DNA of 62,962 bases, counting the filler, from Deltaproteobacteria bacterium (GTDB lineage: Bacteria; Myxococcota; JACRCW01): NCBI GenBank assembly GCA_016218805.1. It is 3 parts of 3 records of this genome, joined end to end, with 100 filler letters (N's around TTAATTAATTAA, not from the genome) between each part and the next. Parts side by side here need not be neighbours in the genome. Positions count along the whole stretch, not along the records: positions 1 to 19,692 come from JACRCW010000098.1; positions 19,793 to 42,323 come from JACRCW010000011.1; 1 more part is not named here. One strand, 5' to 3'. Positions within the stretch are counted from its first letter, which is position 1; each line of letters opens with the position of its first letter. Shown here piece by piece: positions 9,613 to 23,834 of the stretch. Both the position numbers and the translations under genes were made by a program. The notes under the pieces are model-generated. The model did no database searches and was not told where the DNA came from. It was given only the letters and a program-made list of their open reading frames with translations.

Positions 9613-11646
9613 ATGGATGAGCTCATCGGCCAGCACGTAGCTGGCCGCTATGAGGTCATGTCGCGCCTGGGGCAGGGCGGCATGGGGGCGGTGTACGCCG
9701 CCAAGCAGGCGCCGTTGGGGCGCACCGTGGCCATGAAGGTCCTGTTGCGGGACCTCACCGCGGACCCGGTGGCCAGCGCGCGGTTTGAGAAGGAAGCGCT
9801 GGCCATCAGCCGCCTGGCACACCCCAACATCGTCACCATTTTTGACTTTGGGACCACGGAGACCGGGCTCAAGTTCATTGTGATGGAGCACCTGGACGGG
9901 CGCAGCCTGCGTGACGTCATTTCACGCGAGGCACCGCTGTCCCCGCGCCGCACCGTGCGCCTGGTGATGTACATTGCCCGCGCGTTGGCGGAGGCGCACA
10001 AGCAGGGCGTGGTCCACCGCGATCTGAAGCCCGACAACATCATGGTGCTGCACGCCACGGGCGAGCCGGACTTCCTCAAGGTGCTGGACTTTGGGGTGGC
10101 CAAGCTCAAGCGCAACGAAGGCGAGGCCAGTCACACCGTCACCTCCGCCGACGTCATCCTGGGCACGCCCAAGTACATGAGCCCCGAGCAGGTCAACGGC
10201 GTCACGGATGACCCGCGCAGCGATCTGTACGCCGTGGGCGCGCTGGCCTACGAGATGCTGACGGGCCGCGTGCCGTTTGAAGGCGACGGGCCGGTGAAGA
10301 TCCTGATGGCGCACCTGACGCAGGCCCCCGAGCCGCTCAAGGTGCGCAACCCGGCGTGCAAGGCCAGCGAGATGCTGGAGGACCTGGTGATGCAGTTGCT
10401 GGAGAAGGACCCGGAGCGCCGCCCGCAGTCCGCCCAGAAGCTGCTGGAGATGCTGGAGGACCTCCCGGAATACACCGGCCCGCGCTCCAAGCTGACCACG
10501 CAGGCCGCGTTCCAGGCGGTGCGCATACCCATCCCGGAGGAGCCGCGGCCGGCGCGCGCGGAGCGCCCGGCGGCGGAGGCGGTGAACCCGACGATTTCGC
10601 AGCAGGCCACGCTGGTGCGTTCCGCCACCGATCCGGAGCTGCAGTCGTTTGAGGAGGACGCCGCCACGTCGGCGGACGGCTCGTCCCTGGCGGCGACCCA
10701 GGCGGTGGACGGCGTGTTTGCGGCGGCTCCGCCCACGGTGGCGGGTTCACGGTCCGCCATCCCCCTCAAAGCCCCGTCCACCGCCGCGGCGCCCCGCGTG
10801 TCGTCGGACCGGGCCGCGCGCGCCTCGCTCCCGGCCCCGGTCTCCGCCAGCGCGCCCACGCCGGCGGCGGACATGCCCGCCCGCGCGTCCGCGGAAGCGC
10901 CCGCGCCCGTCACGCCGCGGCCCCGGGCCGCCGCGGTCAGCACCCACGTCACGCGCCTGGCCGGTGGCCCGTCCATGCTCGCGTGGGGCGCGGGTGCCAT
11001 GGCTGCGGTGCTGGTGGTGGGCGGCGTGGCGTTGTGGGGCGCGCGCGCGCTCCGGCAGCGCACCGCGGTGGCCCCGGTGACGGTGAGCGCGCCGCCCGCC
11101 CCCGTGCCCACGCCGGCACCCGTGACGCCTCCGCCCGCCGAAGTGCCCGCGCCGGTCCCGGCTCCCGCGCCCGCCGCGCCGGCGCCGCCCCATGACGACG
11201 ACCCCGCGACCGCGGAGCCGCCCGACGAGGCGCCCGCCGTCACGCCGCCCGCGGAGGCGCCGGTTCGGACGGAACCGCGCGCCCCTGTGCGGGTGGTGAC
11301 GGTGACCGTGACGTCCACGCCGCCGGGGGCGGAGGTGCTGGAGGCGGGCACGCTGCTGGGCACCACGCCCGCCACCCTCAGCTTCCCCCGGGGCGGCCCC
11401 GCGCACGCCCTCACCGTGAAGCTGGACGGCTACCGGGACGAGACGCGCCCCGTGAAACCGGACCGCAACCGCAGCGTGCTCTTCAAGCTGGAGAAGGAGC
11501 GCCCGCGCCCCGCCGAGCCGCGCCGCGAGGTGAAGACCCCGGAGCCCGTACGCAAACCCGAGGGCCGCAAGGGCGAACCCTCCAAGCCACCGGAACCCCG
11601 GTTCGAGAAGTGGGATGACCTCAAGGATCCTTCGTTCGGCAACTGA
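9613..11646 (+). CDS. Membrane Ser/Thr protein kinase with C-terminal PEGA domain
   Basis: GQGGMG, VAMK, HRDLKPDN, DFG, GTPKYMSPE; TM segment; STPPGAEV...LGTTP PEGA pattern. Confidence 0.92.
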   Translation: MDELIGQHVAGRYEVMSRLGQGGMGAVYAAKQAPLGRTVAMKVLLRDLTADPVASARFEKEALAISRLAHPNIVTIFDFGTTETGLKFIVMEHLDGRSLRDVISREAPLSPRRTVRLVMYIARALAEAHKQGVVHRDLKPDNIMVLHATGEPDFLKVLDFGVAKLKRNEGEASHTVTSADVILGTPKYMSPEQVNGVTDDPRSDLYAVGALAYEMLTGRVPFEGDGPVKILMAHLTQAPEPLKVRNPACKASEMLEDLVMQLLEKDPERRPQSAQKLLEMLEDLPEYTGPRSKLTTQAAFQAVRIPIPEEPRPARAERPAAEAVNPTISQQATLVRSATDPELQSFEEDAATSADGSSLAATQAVDGVFAAAPPTVAGSRSAIPLKAPSTAAAPRVSSDRAARASLPAPVSASAPTPAADMPARASAEAPAPVTPRPRAAAVSTHVTRLAGGPSMLAWGAGAMAAVLVVGGVALWGARALRQRTAVAPVTVSAPPAPVPTPAPVTPPPAEVPAPVPAPAPAAPAPPHDDDPATAEPPDEAPAVTPPAEAPVRTEPRAPVRVVTVTVTSTPPGAEVLEAGTLLGTTPATLSFPRGGPAHALTVKLDGYRDETRPVKPDRNRSVLFKLEKERPRPAEPRREVKTPEPVRKPEGRKGEPSKPPEPRFEKWDDLKDPSFGN

Positions 11647-13138
11647 ACGCGCGCTGGCCGCGGTGCTGCTGCTGGGCACCGCGTGCGGTGACCTGCAGGT
11701 GCCCGTGGAATACGTCAAGTGGGACGAGGAAACCGCGGCCTTTGGCCTGGGGCGCGGGATTGTCACCACGTTCCGCAACCGCTTTGGTGACGACGTGGAA
11801 AGCCCGTATGAGCCCATGATCGATTCGCTCAACGGGCACCACGTGGTGGTGGCCGGCGGCGGCAGCCTGCTGCTCAACTTCTGCCGCCAGGCGGACCCCC
11901 AGACCGTGAGCCGGGAAGAGTTCTACCGGCTGGGCGTCATCACGGAGGCCAAGCCGGTCAACCTGCAGCTCAGCCGCCGTCTGGACGGCACCTGGTTTGG
12001 CGTGGAGCATGACAGCATCTCCATGCTGACGGCGTACGTGAACTTTGACAACGCCGCCGCGTTCTTCCGGGACGTGATCCATGACGACACGCTGGCCACC
12101 ACCACGCGCGCGCGCATCGCATTCTACGGCGAAATGGCGCTGGGGTGCGGCAACGGGCGGATTGGCGTGGCGTTGCCGGTGGGGGCGGTGGACAACGCGG
12201 CGTTCGTGGGGACCGCGGACATGTTCATTGTGCTGCGTGACGCGGTGTTCGCCTCCGGCATTGAACTGGGGGCCAACCCCGGCGTGGCCGCGCACGAGTA
12301 CAGCCACCGCATCTGGCAGCACAACGTGTTCCACGGGGACGAGGGGTTCCGCCTGCTGGCGCTGTCCTTCCTGGGCTCGCCGAGCCAGCAGGCCGCGCTG
12401 TGCGTGGACGAGGTCAGCGCCGACGGGTGCGCCTGCAAGGCCTCCGGCACACTGCTCAAGGCCATGGACGAGGGCACCGCGGACATCTTTGCGTACACGC
12501 TCACCGGGCGTCCCGCGTTCTTCTTTGACAACTCGCTGGCGGGCAGCACGGCGGTGGGTGACGAGGACAAAGTGCGGGACCTGTCGCGCGAGCCCGTCAT
12601 TGACCGCGCGGGCAGCACCATCAGCACCGAGGAGGTGCCGTTCTTCAACGAGAAGATTGTGCAGCGCGCCGCATCCACGGACACCGTGTGCGGCCAGGGC
12701 GAGCCCGCGCTGCACTACTACCGGCTGGGCACGCTGTGGTCGCGCGGGTTCTACCGCTCCATTGTGGACCCGCAGTCCGGCAACGCCCCGGCGGATGAGG
12801 CGGCGCGCGTGGGCTGGGCGCGCGCGCACTACGCGCCTGCCGTGCGCGTGGCGGAGTCCCGCGTGGGCGACGATTTCACCACGCCGGTCTCTGGCCGCGA
12901 CTACACCTTCCGGTTCGAACCGCGGCAGCTCATCCGCCGCTATATTGAGGAGGTCAGCGTGGACCGTGACACCCGCGTGTACCTCCCCGCGGTGCACGAC
13001 GCTGTGTGTCAGGAGATGTGCAACCGGTTTGGGTACCTGCCGTTTGACCAGCCGGTGAACGGCGTGCCCGCGCAGTGCTCCGGTTTCATGGGGGCCAACG
13101 AGTTCTCGCCGCTTGGGGTCTTCCCGTGCCAAATCTGA
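11615..13138 (+). CDS. Putative zinc metallopeptidase lipoprotein (M4/M36-like gluzincin)
   Basis: Lipobox-like GTAC; AVDNAAF; AAHEYSH (HExxH) and downstream AMDEGTADIF third-ligand motif. Confidence 0.65.
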   Translation: MTSRILRSATERALAAVLLLGTACGDLQVPVEYVKWDEETAAFGLGRGIVTTFRNRFGDDVESPYEPMIDSLNGHHVVVAGGGSLLLNFCRQADPQTVSREEFYRLGVITEAKPVNLQLSRRLDGTWFGVEHDSISMLTAYVNFDNAAAFFRDVIHDDTLATTTRARIAFYGEMALGCGNGRIGVALPVGAVDNAAFVGTADMFIVLRDAVFASGIELGANPGVAAHEYSHRIWQHNVFHGDEGFRLLALSFLGSPSQQAALCVDEVSADGCACKASGTLLKAMDEGTADIFAYTLTGRPAFFFDNSLAGSTAVGDEDKVRDLSREPVIDRAGSTISTEEVPFFNEKIVQRAASTDTVCGQGEPALHYYRLGTLWSRGFYRSIVDPQSGNAPADEAARVGWARAHYAPAVRVAESRVGDDFTTPVSGRDYTFRFEPRQLIRRYIEEVSVDRDTRVYLPAVHDAVCQEMCNRFGYLPFDQPVNGVPAQCSGFMGANEFSPLGVFPCQI

Positions 13139-13947
13139 AGACGCTGCTGTGCCTGGCGCTGTGCCTGGCTCTCCCCGCTACGGTGCACGCGCGCAAGAAG
13201 AAGCCCGCCCCCGAGCGCACCGCGGATGACGACGAGGAGGCTCCCGCCAGGGGTGACGCGCACGACGAGGAGGACGCCGGGCCGGACGCGAAGCGCCCGC
13301 CGGCGGAGGAACCGGCCGCTCCGGCGGGGCTGGGGGCGCGCATGCTGGGGGACCTCAAGGGACCCGCTGTGTGGCACGGCGTGGAACTGGACGTGCTGGG
13401 CGGGTTCCAGGCCACGCCCAGCTCCGTGGACTGGGCCCGCGTGAACATGGATCGCTTTGCCGGCGTGCGCGTGGGGTATTCACGCCATGCGCTGTGGCTC
13501 AACCTGGGCGGTGAGCTCACCTGGCGCAGCACCGCGCCCGCGCCCCTGGGCGCGCAACCCATCTGGCAGCTGGCGACGTTGTCGCGCATGACGGGGGGCA
13601 CGCCCCAGCAGGTGATCCGGCAGATGAACCAGCTTGCGCTGGGCGGGCGGCTGGCGCTGCGGCTGGCGCGGATGGCCTGGTTTTTCGAACCGCAGATCCT
13701 GGGCGGACTGGCGGCCAGCCACACGGCGGTCCTGGTCACGCTGGAGAGCCCGTTGCCCTACAACGCCAGCTTCTGGACGGTGGGCGGGTACGTCGGCGCG
13801 GGGTTTGTGACGGGGCTGGAGCCGGTGTTCGTGCGCTTTGATGCAGAACTCATCCACCAGCTGGGGCGGCCCACCTTCGGCCTGCCCGCGGTCGGGGTGC
13901 AGATGTTCTTCACCACGTACAACGTGAGCGTTGGCATCCGTTTGTGA
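13126..13947 (+). CDS. Exported protein, probable outer-membrane beta-barrel
   Basis: Signal peptide ending VHA, charged linker, alternating beta-strands ending YNVSVGIRL; GTG start overlaps the upstream gene. Confidence 0.6.
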   Translation: MPNLKTLLCLALCLALPATVHARKKKPAPERTADDDEEAPARGDAHDEEDAGPDAKRPPAEEPAAPAGLGARMLGDLKGPAVWHGVELDVLGGFQATPSSVDWARVNMDRFAGVRVGYSRHALWLNLGGELTWRSTAPAPLGAQPIWQLATLSRMTGGTPQQVIRQMNQLALGGRLALRLARMAWFFEPQILGGLAASHTAVLVTLESPLPYNASFWTVGGYVGAGFVTGLEPVFVRFDAELIHQLGRPTFGLPAVGVQMFFTTYNVSVGIRL

Positions 13948-14055
13948 CCCACCCCGCCGTCGGCGGGTGACGCTGGGGGTTGGCCGGGGTTGGGTGTATG
14001 GTTCCGGCGTCATCTTCCCGGGAGTCCCCGGGGGTCCTCCAGGAGCGCGTCACCC

Positions 14056-16119
<2,064 letters not shown>

Positions 16120-16160
16120 TCATGACGGAGCGCAGTCGTGACCGAGCGGCCCGGGCCACC

Positions 16161-16225
16161 TGGGAGGGCGAGCCTCCTGGCGAGCCACGTCATGGCGCAG
16201 GCTCGGCAGGAGCCTCGCCCTCCCA
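16161..16225. repeat. Inverted REP-like doublet in the prkA-yeaH intergenic region
   Basis: TGGGAGGGCGAGCCTCCTGGCGAGCC (16161-16186) matches the reverse complement of 16200-16225 at 24/26 positions. Confidence 0.75.
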
Positions 16226-16243
16226 TGGGCGCACGGAGGCGTC

Positions 16244-18837
<2,594 letters not shown>

Positions 18838-18849
18838 AGCGCACGCTGG

Positions 18850-19455
18850 TTAGCGGATGACTTCGGCCAGGCCCAGCAGGCCGGCGTCCAGTTCACGGCC
18901 TTCCGCGCGGGCGGCGGGCAGGTTCACCAGGATGGTGGGGCGGCTGCCGCGGTTGAGCAGCGCCATGCCCAGGCCGGACTTCACGCCCAGGTCCGAAGCC
19001 GCCACCGACAAGACCTTGTGCGCGCGGGTCAGCGCGGACACCGCGCCGGATTCCGCCTCCAGGCCGGGGCAGATGTAGAGCAGGTGGATCTGCTCGCGGG
19101 CCAGCGCGGAGTTGAGGTCCGCGGCGCCGTTCCATGGCAGCGCCACGGCGTGCACCGCGCGGCTGCCCACGCGCTGGGTGCGCGCGGCCTGGGAGAGTTC
19201 GGTCACCAGGGAGTCCGCGCACGCCCGTGATTCCGCCCCCCGCGCGTGCGCGAGCACACCCACGTTCACCGTGGCGGACGCGCGCACCCGGACGGCGCGG
19301 TCATAGGTCAGCACCTTGATGAGCAGCGCCGCCGCCGTGCGATGGGAAAGCGCACCGATGTCCGCCACAGCCGTGCTGCTGGAGACGGCGGCCACGAGGA
19401 GCGCGGCCGCGAACCAACCGGGGTGACTCCGCCCAACATCAGCTGCGCGAGACAT
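18850..19455 (-). CDS. YfiR/DUF4154-family periplasmic protein
   Basis: Signal-like hydrophobic segment, ALLIKVLTYDR, C-terminal ILVNL.AARAEG.ELDA.LL.LAEVI. Confidence 0.7.
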   Translation of the reverse strand: MSRAADVGRSHPGWFAAALLVAAVSSSTAVADIGALSHRTAAALLIKVLTYDRAVRVRASATVNVGVLAHARGAESRACADSLVTELSQAARTQRVGSRAVHAVALPWNGAADLNSALAREQIHLLYICPGLEAESGAVSALTRAHKVLSVAASDLGVKSGLGMALLNRGSRPTILVNLPAARAEGRELDAGLLGLAEVIR

Positions 19456-19621
19456 CCGCGCCTCCAACTCCCCACCTGCTCCCCGTGGCAACGTGTTGCC
19501 GATCACATCTGAGCCCCTTGGTATCGCGGCGTCAACACGGGGGGTGACGGAGGGTGTGATCGCCCATGGTTGTGGTCCCTGGGGGTGGGGCAGCCACAGG
19601 ATCCCAAAGAGCCGTTGTGGT

Positions 19622-19646
19622 GTGGCACAGCCGCCCCGGCTGTGCC
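19622..19646 (+). repeat. GTGG-type REP-like hairpin near the contig end
   Basis: GGCACAGCCG-CCC-CGGCTGTGCC, a perfect 10-bp stem preceded by GT. Confidence 0.5.
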
Positions 19647-19692
19647 GGTGCATGGCGACGTCACGGATGTCCCGCTGGCGTCCCGGCCGGGG

Positions 19693-19792
19693 NNNNNNNN
19701 NNNNNNNNNNNNNNNNNNNNNNNNNNNNNNNNNNNNTTAATTAATTAANNNNNNNNNNNNNNNNNNNNNNNNNNNNNNNNNNNNNNNNNNNN
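19693..19792. other. Artificial contig spacer
   Basis: 44 N + TTAATTAATTAA (stops in all six frames) + 44 N. Confidence 0.99.
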
Positions 19793-19915
19793 AGGTTCGA
19801 TCTAGACGAACACTGGTCTCCTCATCGGCTGGCCGGGGCAGCTCGGATTCCCACCCCACGGGCGTACTTGAGACGCGGCCGCGCCCCCGCCCGGGTACTG
19901 ACGTGGCCCGGCACG
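19793..19915 (-). repeat. 123-bp non-coding repeat, copy 1; probable mobile-element end truncated by the contig break
   Basis: Reverse complement of 42183-42305 with only two adjacent mismatches. Confidence 0.9.
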
Positions 19916-20096
19916 GCGGTGCGCCACAGCAACTCCCGCGCCACCCGGACACCACGCATTGCCGCCGCATCCCAACCAGGTGCCGCCGGATTCCAGACAC
20001 CACTGGCCGGAAACCGGTCACCCGCCGCGCGCAGCACCGGGCTCACACCGCACGGGGCCCGCCCTCCGCCGGCCGGCAATCCCCTCCGCGCCACCC

Positions 20097-20597
20097 TCAG
20101 CGCGCCGGCAGCGCTCCGTCCAGCAGCGGCAGCCCGGTCGCCTCGGCCAGCGGCACGGCAACGGCGCGGGCTTCCTCGTAGTCCCCGGGGGCCGCCAGCT
20201 CCACGAACACCGCGGGGTCCGACCCGACGAGCCGCACGTGGTACAGATAGGAGAGCACCTCGGCGCCGCGGAGCTTCTCGCGCAGGATGGTGACGGCGTG
20301 GAAGTCCCCCAGCGAGCTGTAGCGCTCGCGCACGGGGAGGAGGACGCGGACCACGTCACACACCGTCTGGCGGTCAAGGTCCACCACCACCGCGCGCCTG
20401 CCGAACGCCAGGAACGTTCCTGCCGGCAACGACACGACGACGACCACCAGCATGACGGCGGCCCAGAACGGGTCCCCGTAGTCCATGCCCAGCACCACGG
20501 CGACCACGCCCAGCAACGCGCACATCAGCGTGGCTGCGCCGGCGAACGGCAGGCAGCCGCGCGGGCGTTCGTAGGTCCAGGTGCGCGGCGCCGGCAT
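20097..20597 (-). CDS. Hypothetical membrane protein (2 TM)
   Basis: Two hydrophobic helices followed by a small beta-rich domain; co-oriented with the upstream lipoprotein. Confidence 0.7.
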   Translation of the reverse strand: MPAPRTWTYERPRGCLPFAGAATLMCALLGVVAVVLGMDYGDPFWAAVMLVVVVVSLPAGTFLAFGRRAVVVDLDRQTVCDVVRVLLPVRERYSSLGDFHAVTILREKLRGAEVLSYLYHVRLVGSDPAVFVELAAPGDYEEARAVAVPLAEATGLPLLDGALPAR

Positions 20598-20628
20598 GGT
20601 GTGGTGACCATACCAGCGGGGGACAGGG

Positions 20629-22029
20629 TCAGGGCGAGCAGCCCTGTGTCACGTCGCGCAGGGGGCGCGGGTCTTCCGTGACGTTGCACGCCGGCCAGGC
20701 AATGGTGGCAACGTCCCAGAACTGGCGTGACAAAGAGAAATCACGCTGCATCTCACGCGCGAGTTGCCCATTGCAGTAGACGCGGAGGGTAGCGCGTGTG
20801 GGCGGGGATGCGCCGTGGGCACAATAATAGTGCACGCCGAGTGTGTACGTGCCGGCGGCAGGGCTCAGCACGTTGATGTTCTCCGGCCCAAACCCGTTCA
20901 CATCGTCAATGTCCAGCGTGGCGTCGTCGTCCGCGCTGGCGCTGCCCCACGACGTGGTGCGGTTGGAATAGTAGCAGTCACCGGGCTCGGTGGAGGAGAA
21001 GTACGCGCCGCCATCCGGTCCCAGCAGGTGCACGTCCACGTCGGAAGAATCGGTGTCCCATACCAGCTGGATGTGCAGGTTCTGCGGCGGCACCACGTGG
21101 ATGGGCACGGTGCAGGTGGCCACGGGGTCGCCGCGCAGGGGCAGGCCCTGGAAGCGCAGGACGTAATCCCCGGCGAGATCCAGGAAGAATGACGTGGCGG
21201 GCTGGTCCTCCGGCGTGGGGTTGGACGTGCTGCCCCCGGGGCGGGTCTCCACCGCCCAGCGGTAGGAGCCAATGGTGCCGTCAGGGTCCGTGCACGTGGC
21301 GGTGAGGGAGAGCGTCTGCAGCGGGACCGCGTCAACGGCGGACGGGCAGCTGCAGGTAGCGCCGGGGCGCTGCATGGACCCGAACAGGTGGATCACCAGT
21401 TCGTAGCCGTCAGCGTTGGTGACGGGGATGTGCACGTCGCCCATCTGGTCGGTGGCCACCTGGGTCCAGGCGATATCCAGGAAGGCCTCGCCGTTGGCGC
21501 CGAGCACCAGGCCGTCCAGTGCGCTGGAGACGGTGACGCCGCCGGCGGGGGAGGTTGCACCGGTGACGGTGCCCAGCCGCGCCAGGGTGTTGCCCACGTT
21601 GCGGATGCGCACGGTGCGCGTGAGCGTGCCGCCGGAGGGGAGCACCCCAAAGTCCACGCTGGCGGGGTCCGCGGCCAGCGTGACCTCGGGGATGGGCGCG
21701 GCGGAGGAGGAGGGCGGGGGCGGGCTGTCACTGGACGGGTTGGGTTGGGCAGATGACGACGACGGGGCAGGGTCCGACGCGGTGGAGGTGGCCGCGGCGG
21801 GTTGGCTGTCCGCAGGCGTGGCGCTGGAAGCGGGGGTGGACGTATCGGTCGCCGCACCCGAGGAGCCGGTGCCCCCCGCCACGGGTGTCCGCGGTGACGA
21901 CGACGACGACCCCGGGACGTTTCCGCCGCCGACGTCGGTCCCGCTGCCCTGGGCCTCGTCATCCACCGTGGGGCTGGCGCAGCCCGCCCACGCCACCGCA
22001 ACCACCGCCAAGCTGATCCGCCCGCGCAT
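20629..22029 (-). CDS. Lipoprotein with Ser/Pro linker, Ig-like/PKD-like and DUF2135-like domains
   Basis: Lipobox WAGC; P.SVDFG...V.IRNVG; DPDG.I..YRW; IQLVWD...DVDVHL and LDIDDVNGFGPENI. Confidence 0.75.
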   Translation of the reverse strand: MRGRISLAVVAVAWAGCASPTVDDEAQGSGTDVGGGNVPGSSSSSPRTPVAGGTGSSGAATDTSTPASSATPADSQPAAATSTASDPAPSSSSAQPNPSSDSPPPPSSSAAPIPEVTLAADPASVDFGVLPSGGTLTRTVRIRNVGNTLARLGTVTGATSPAGGVTVSSALDGLVLGANGEAFLDIAWTQVATDQMGDVHIPVTNADGYELVIHLFGSMQRPGATCSCPSAVDAVPLQTLSLTATCTDPDGTIGSYRWAVETRPGGSTSNPTPEDQPATSFFLDLAGDYVLRFQGLPLRGDPVATCTVPIHVVPPQNLHIQLVWDTDSSDVDVHLLGPDGGAYFSSTEPGDCYYSNRTTSWGSASADDDATLDIDDVNGFGPENINVLSPAAGTYTLGVHYYCAHGASPPTRATLRVYCNGQLAREMQRDFSLSRQFWDVATIAWPACNVTEDPRPLRDVTQGCSP

Positions 22030-22187
22030 GTCCGCTCCAACCCGCGCGCCGGCCTCCGCGCGCCGTGGTCATGGCGCGCACCCTAGTCCCCCCAGGGGCG
22101 CCGCCTACGGACAACGGGAGGATGCCTGCGCGGCGGACGCCCTCCCGTTGACGGATGCCGCCCCGCCTCTGCTACCCGTTCCCGTCG

Positions 22188-23834
22188 ATGCCGGACCCGC
22201 TGGACCCCCAGGTGGAGGCGTTTGTGGCCGCGCTGCGGGCCACGGTGCCGGGGACGGACGTGCGCGTGGGCGGGTTGGACCGCGCCGCGTACGCGCGGGA
22301 CGCGTCCCCGGAGACGTTCCTGGAGCGCCGCCACGGCGTGCTGCCCGTGCCGCCGGGCGCGGTGTGCTGGCCCGCGTCCGCGGAGGACGTGGCCGCCCTG
22401 GTGAGGCTGGCGGCGGTCCACCGCGTGGGGTTGGTGCCGTTCGGGGCCGGCTCGGGCGTGGTGCAGGGGTTGCTGCCGGACGCGCGCACCGTGGTGATGG
22501 ACCTCAAGCGGCTGGATGGCGTGGAGATTGACGCGCGCACGCGCACGGTTGCCGCGGGCGCCGGCGTCATTGGCGAACGCCTGGAGCGCGCGCTCAACGT
22601 GGCCGGCTTCACCGCCGGGCATTTCCCGTCGTCCATCTATTGCTCCACCGTGGGCGGCTGGGTGGCCGCGCGTTCCGCGGGGCAGTTGTCCAGCCGGTAC
22701 GGCAAGATTGAGGACATGGTGCACCGCCTGGAGATTGTTGACGGGACGGGTGCCATCTCCACGCTGGAGCGTGACCGCGGCGCGGACCCGGCGCGTGCCA
22801 TCATCGGCAGTGAAGGCGCGCTGGCGGTGGTGACGCGCGCGTGGCTGCGCATCCACCAGCTGGCGAGCCACCACGCGGTGTTCGGGCTGGCCGCGCCCGA
22901 CGTGGGAACCGGGGTCACGTTCATGCGCCGGGTGATGCAGGCGGGGCTGCGGCCGGCGGTGTTCCGCATGTATGACCCGCCGGACACGCTGCTGGCGGGC
23001 GGCATCCCGGCAAACAGTGAGATGCCCGTGGTGCGCGTGGGTCCCATCTCACGCGCCGGCCACGAGGACGGCCACATGTCCGGTGACGCCCCGGCGCCGG
23101 CGCACGGGTTGTTCGGTCTGCTGGCGCGCCGGGCCACCGCGGCGTTGCGCCGCGAAGCGGGGGCCGGGAGGTTGAACCCCACCGTGCGGCACGTGCTGGG
23201 CGCGGCGCTGGCTCACACCGCGTGGCTGGCGGCGCCGTACGAGCGGCTGCCGCCGGCGTGTCTGATGGTGCTGGGCTTTGAAGGCGACGCCGACGCGGTG
23301 AGCGAGGCGCTGGCGTCCGCCACGGCCATGGCCGGGACGTGCGGGGTGTCCGTGCTGGGCGTGGCGCCGGGCGAGCGCTGGCTCCGCCGGCGACACGCGG
23401 TGACCTACAAGATGCCGCCCTACATCCGCGCGGGCGGCTGGGCGGACACCCTGGAGGTGAGCGCGCCGTGGAGCGTGATCGAACGCCTGTACCACGAGGC
23501 CCGCTCGTCACTGCTGCACCACGCGGTGGCCATGGCGCACTTCTCCCACGCGTACCCGGAAGGCGGGTCCATCTACTTCACGTTTGCCGGCGGTGGCGCC
23601 ACGCTGGAGGACGCGGTGGCCCACCACGCGGCCGCCGTGCGGGACGCGCTGGAGGCGTTCTCGCGGTTGGGCGCGTCACTGAGCCATCACCACGGCGTGG
23701 GACGGATGAAGTCCGCGCGGCTGTGGGATGTGCTGGGGCCGGGGTCGCGTGACGCGGTGACGGGGCTCAAGCGCGCGCTGGACCCACACGGCGTGCTCAA
23801 TCCCGGCGTGCTGGGGCTGGGAGGCCGCCCATGA
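22188..23834 (+). CDS. FAD-linked oxidase, alkylglycerone-phosphate synthase (AGPS)-like
   Basis: PFGAGSGV, GHFPSS..CSTVGGWVAARSAGQ.S.RYGKIEDMV, GSEG.L.VVT, DTLE, AHFSHAY..GGSIYFTF, SLSHHHGVG, DP.G.LNPG. Alternative start at 22155. Confidence 0.85.
   Translation: MPDPLDPQVEAFVAALRATVPGTDVRVGGLDRAAYARDASPETFLERRHGVLPVPPGAVCWPASAEDVAALVRLAAVHRVGLVPFGAGSGVVQGLLPDARTVVMDLKRLDGVEIDARTRTVAAGAGVIGERLERALNVAGFTAGHFPSSIYCSTVGGWVAARSAGQLSSRYGKIEDMVHRLEIVDGTGAISTLERDRGADPARAIIGSEGALAVVTRAWLRIHQLASHHAVFGLAAPDVGTGVTFMRRVMQAGLRPAVFRMYDPPDTLLAGGIPANSEMPVVRVGPISRAGHEDGHMSGDAPAPAHGLFGLLARRATAALRREAGAGRLNPTVRHVLGAALAHTAWLAAPYERLPPACLMVLGFEGDADAVSEALASATAMAGTCGVSVLGVAPGERWLRRRHAVTYKMPPYIRAGGWADTLEVSAPWSVIERLYHEARSSLLHHAVAMAHFSHAYPEGGSIYFTFAGGGATLEDAVAHHAAAVRDALEAFSRLGASLSHHHGVGRMKSARLWDVLGPGSRDAVTGLKRALDPHGVLNPGVLGLGGRP

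Noticed and set aside
19693..19792. TTAATTAATTAA palindrome flanked by Ns (again at 42324-42423)
   Set aside because: An identical 100-nt artificial joiner, not biological. ORFs and gene adjacency across it are invalid.
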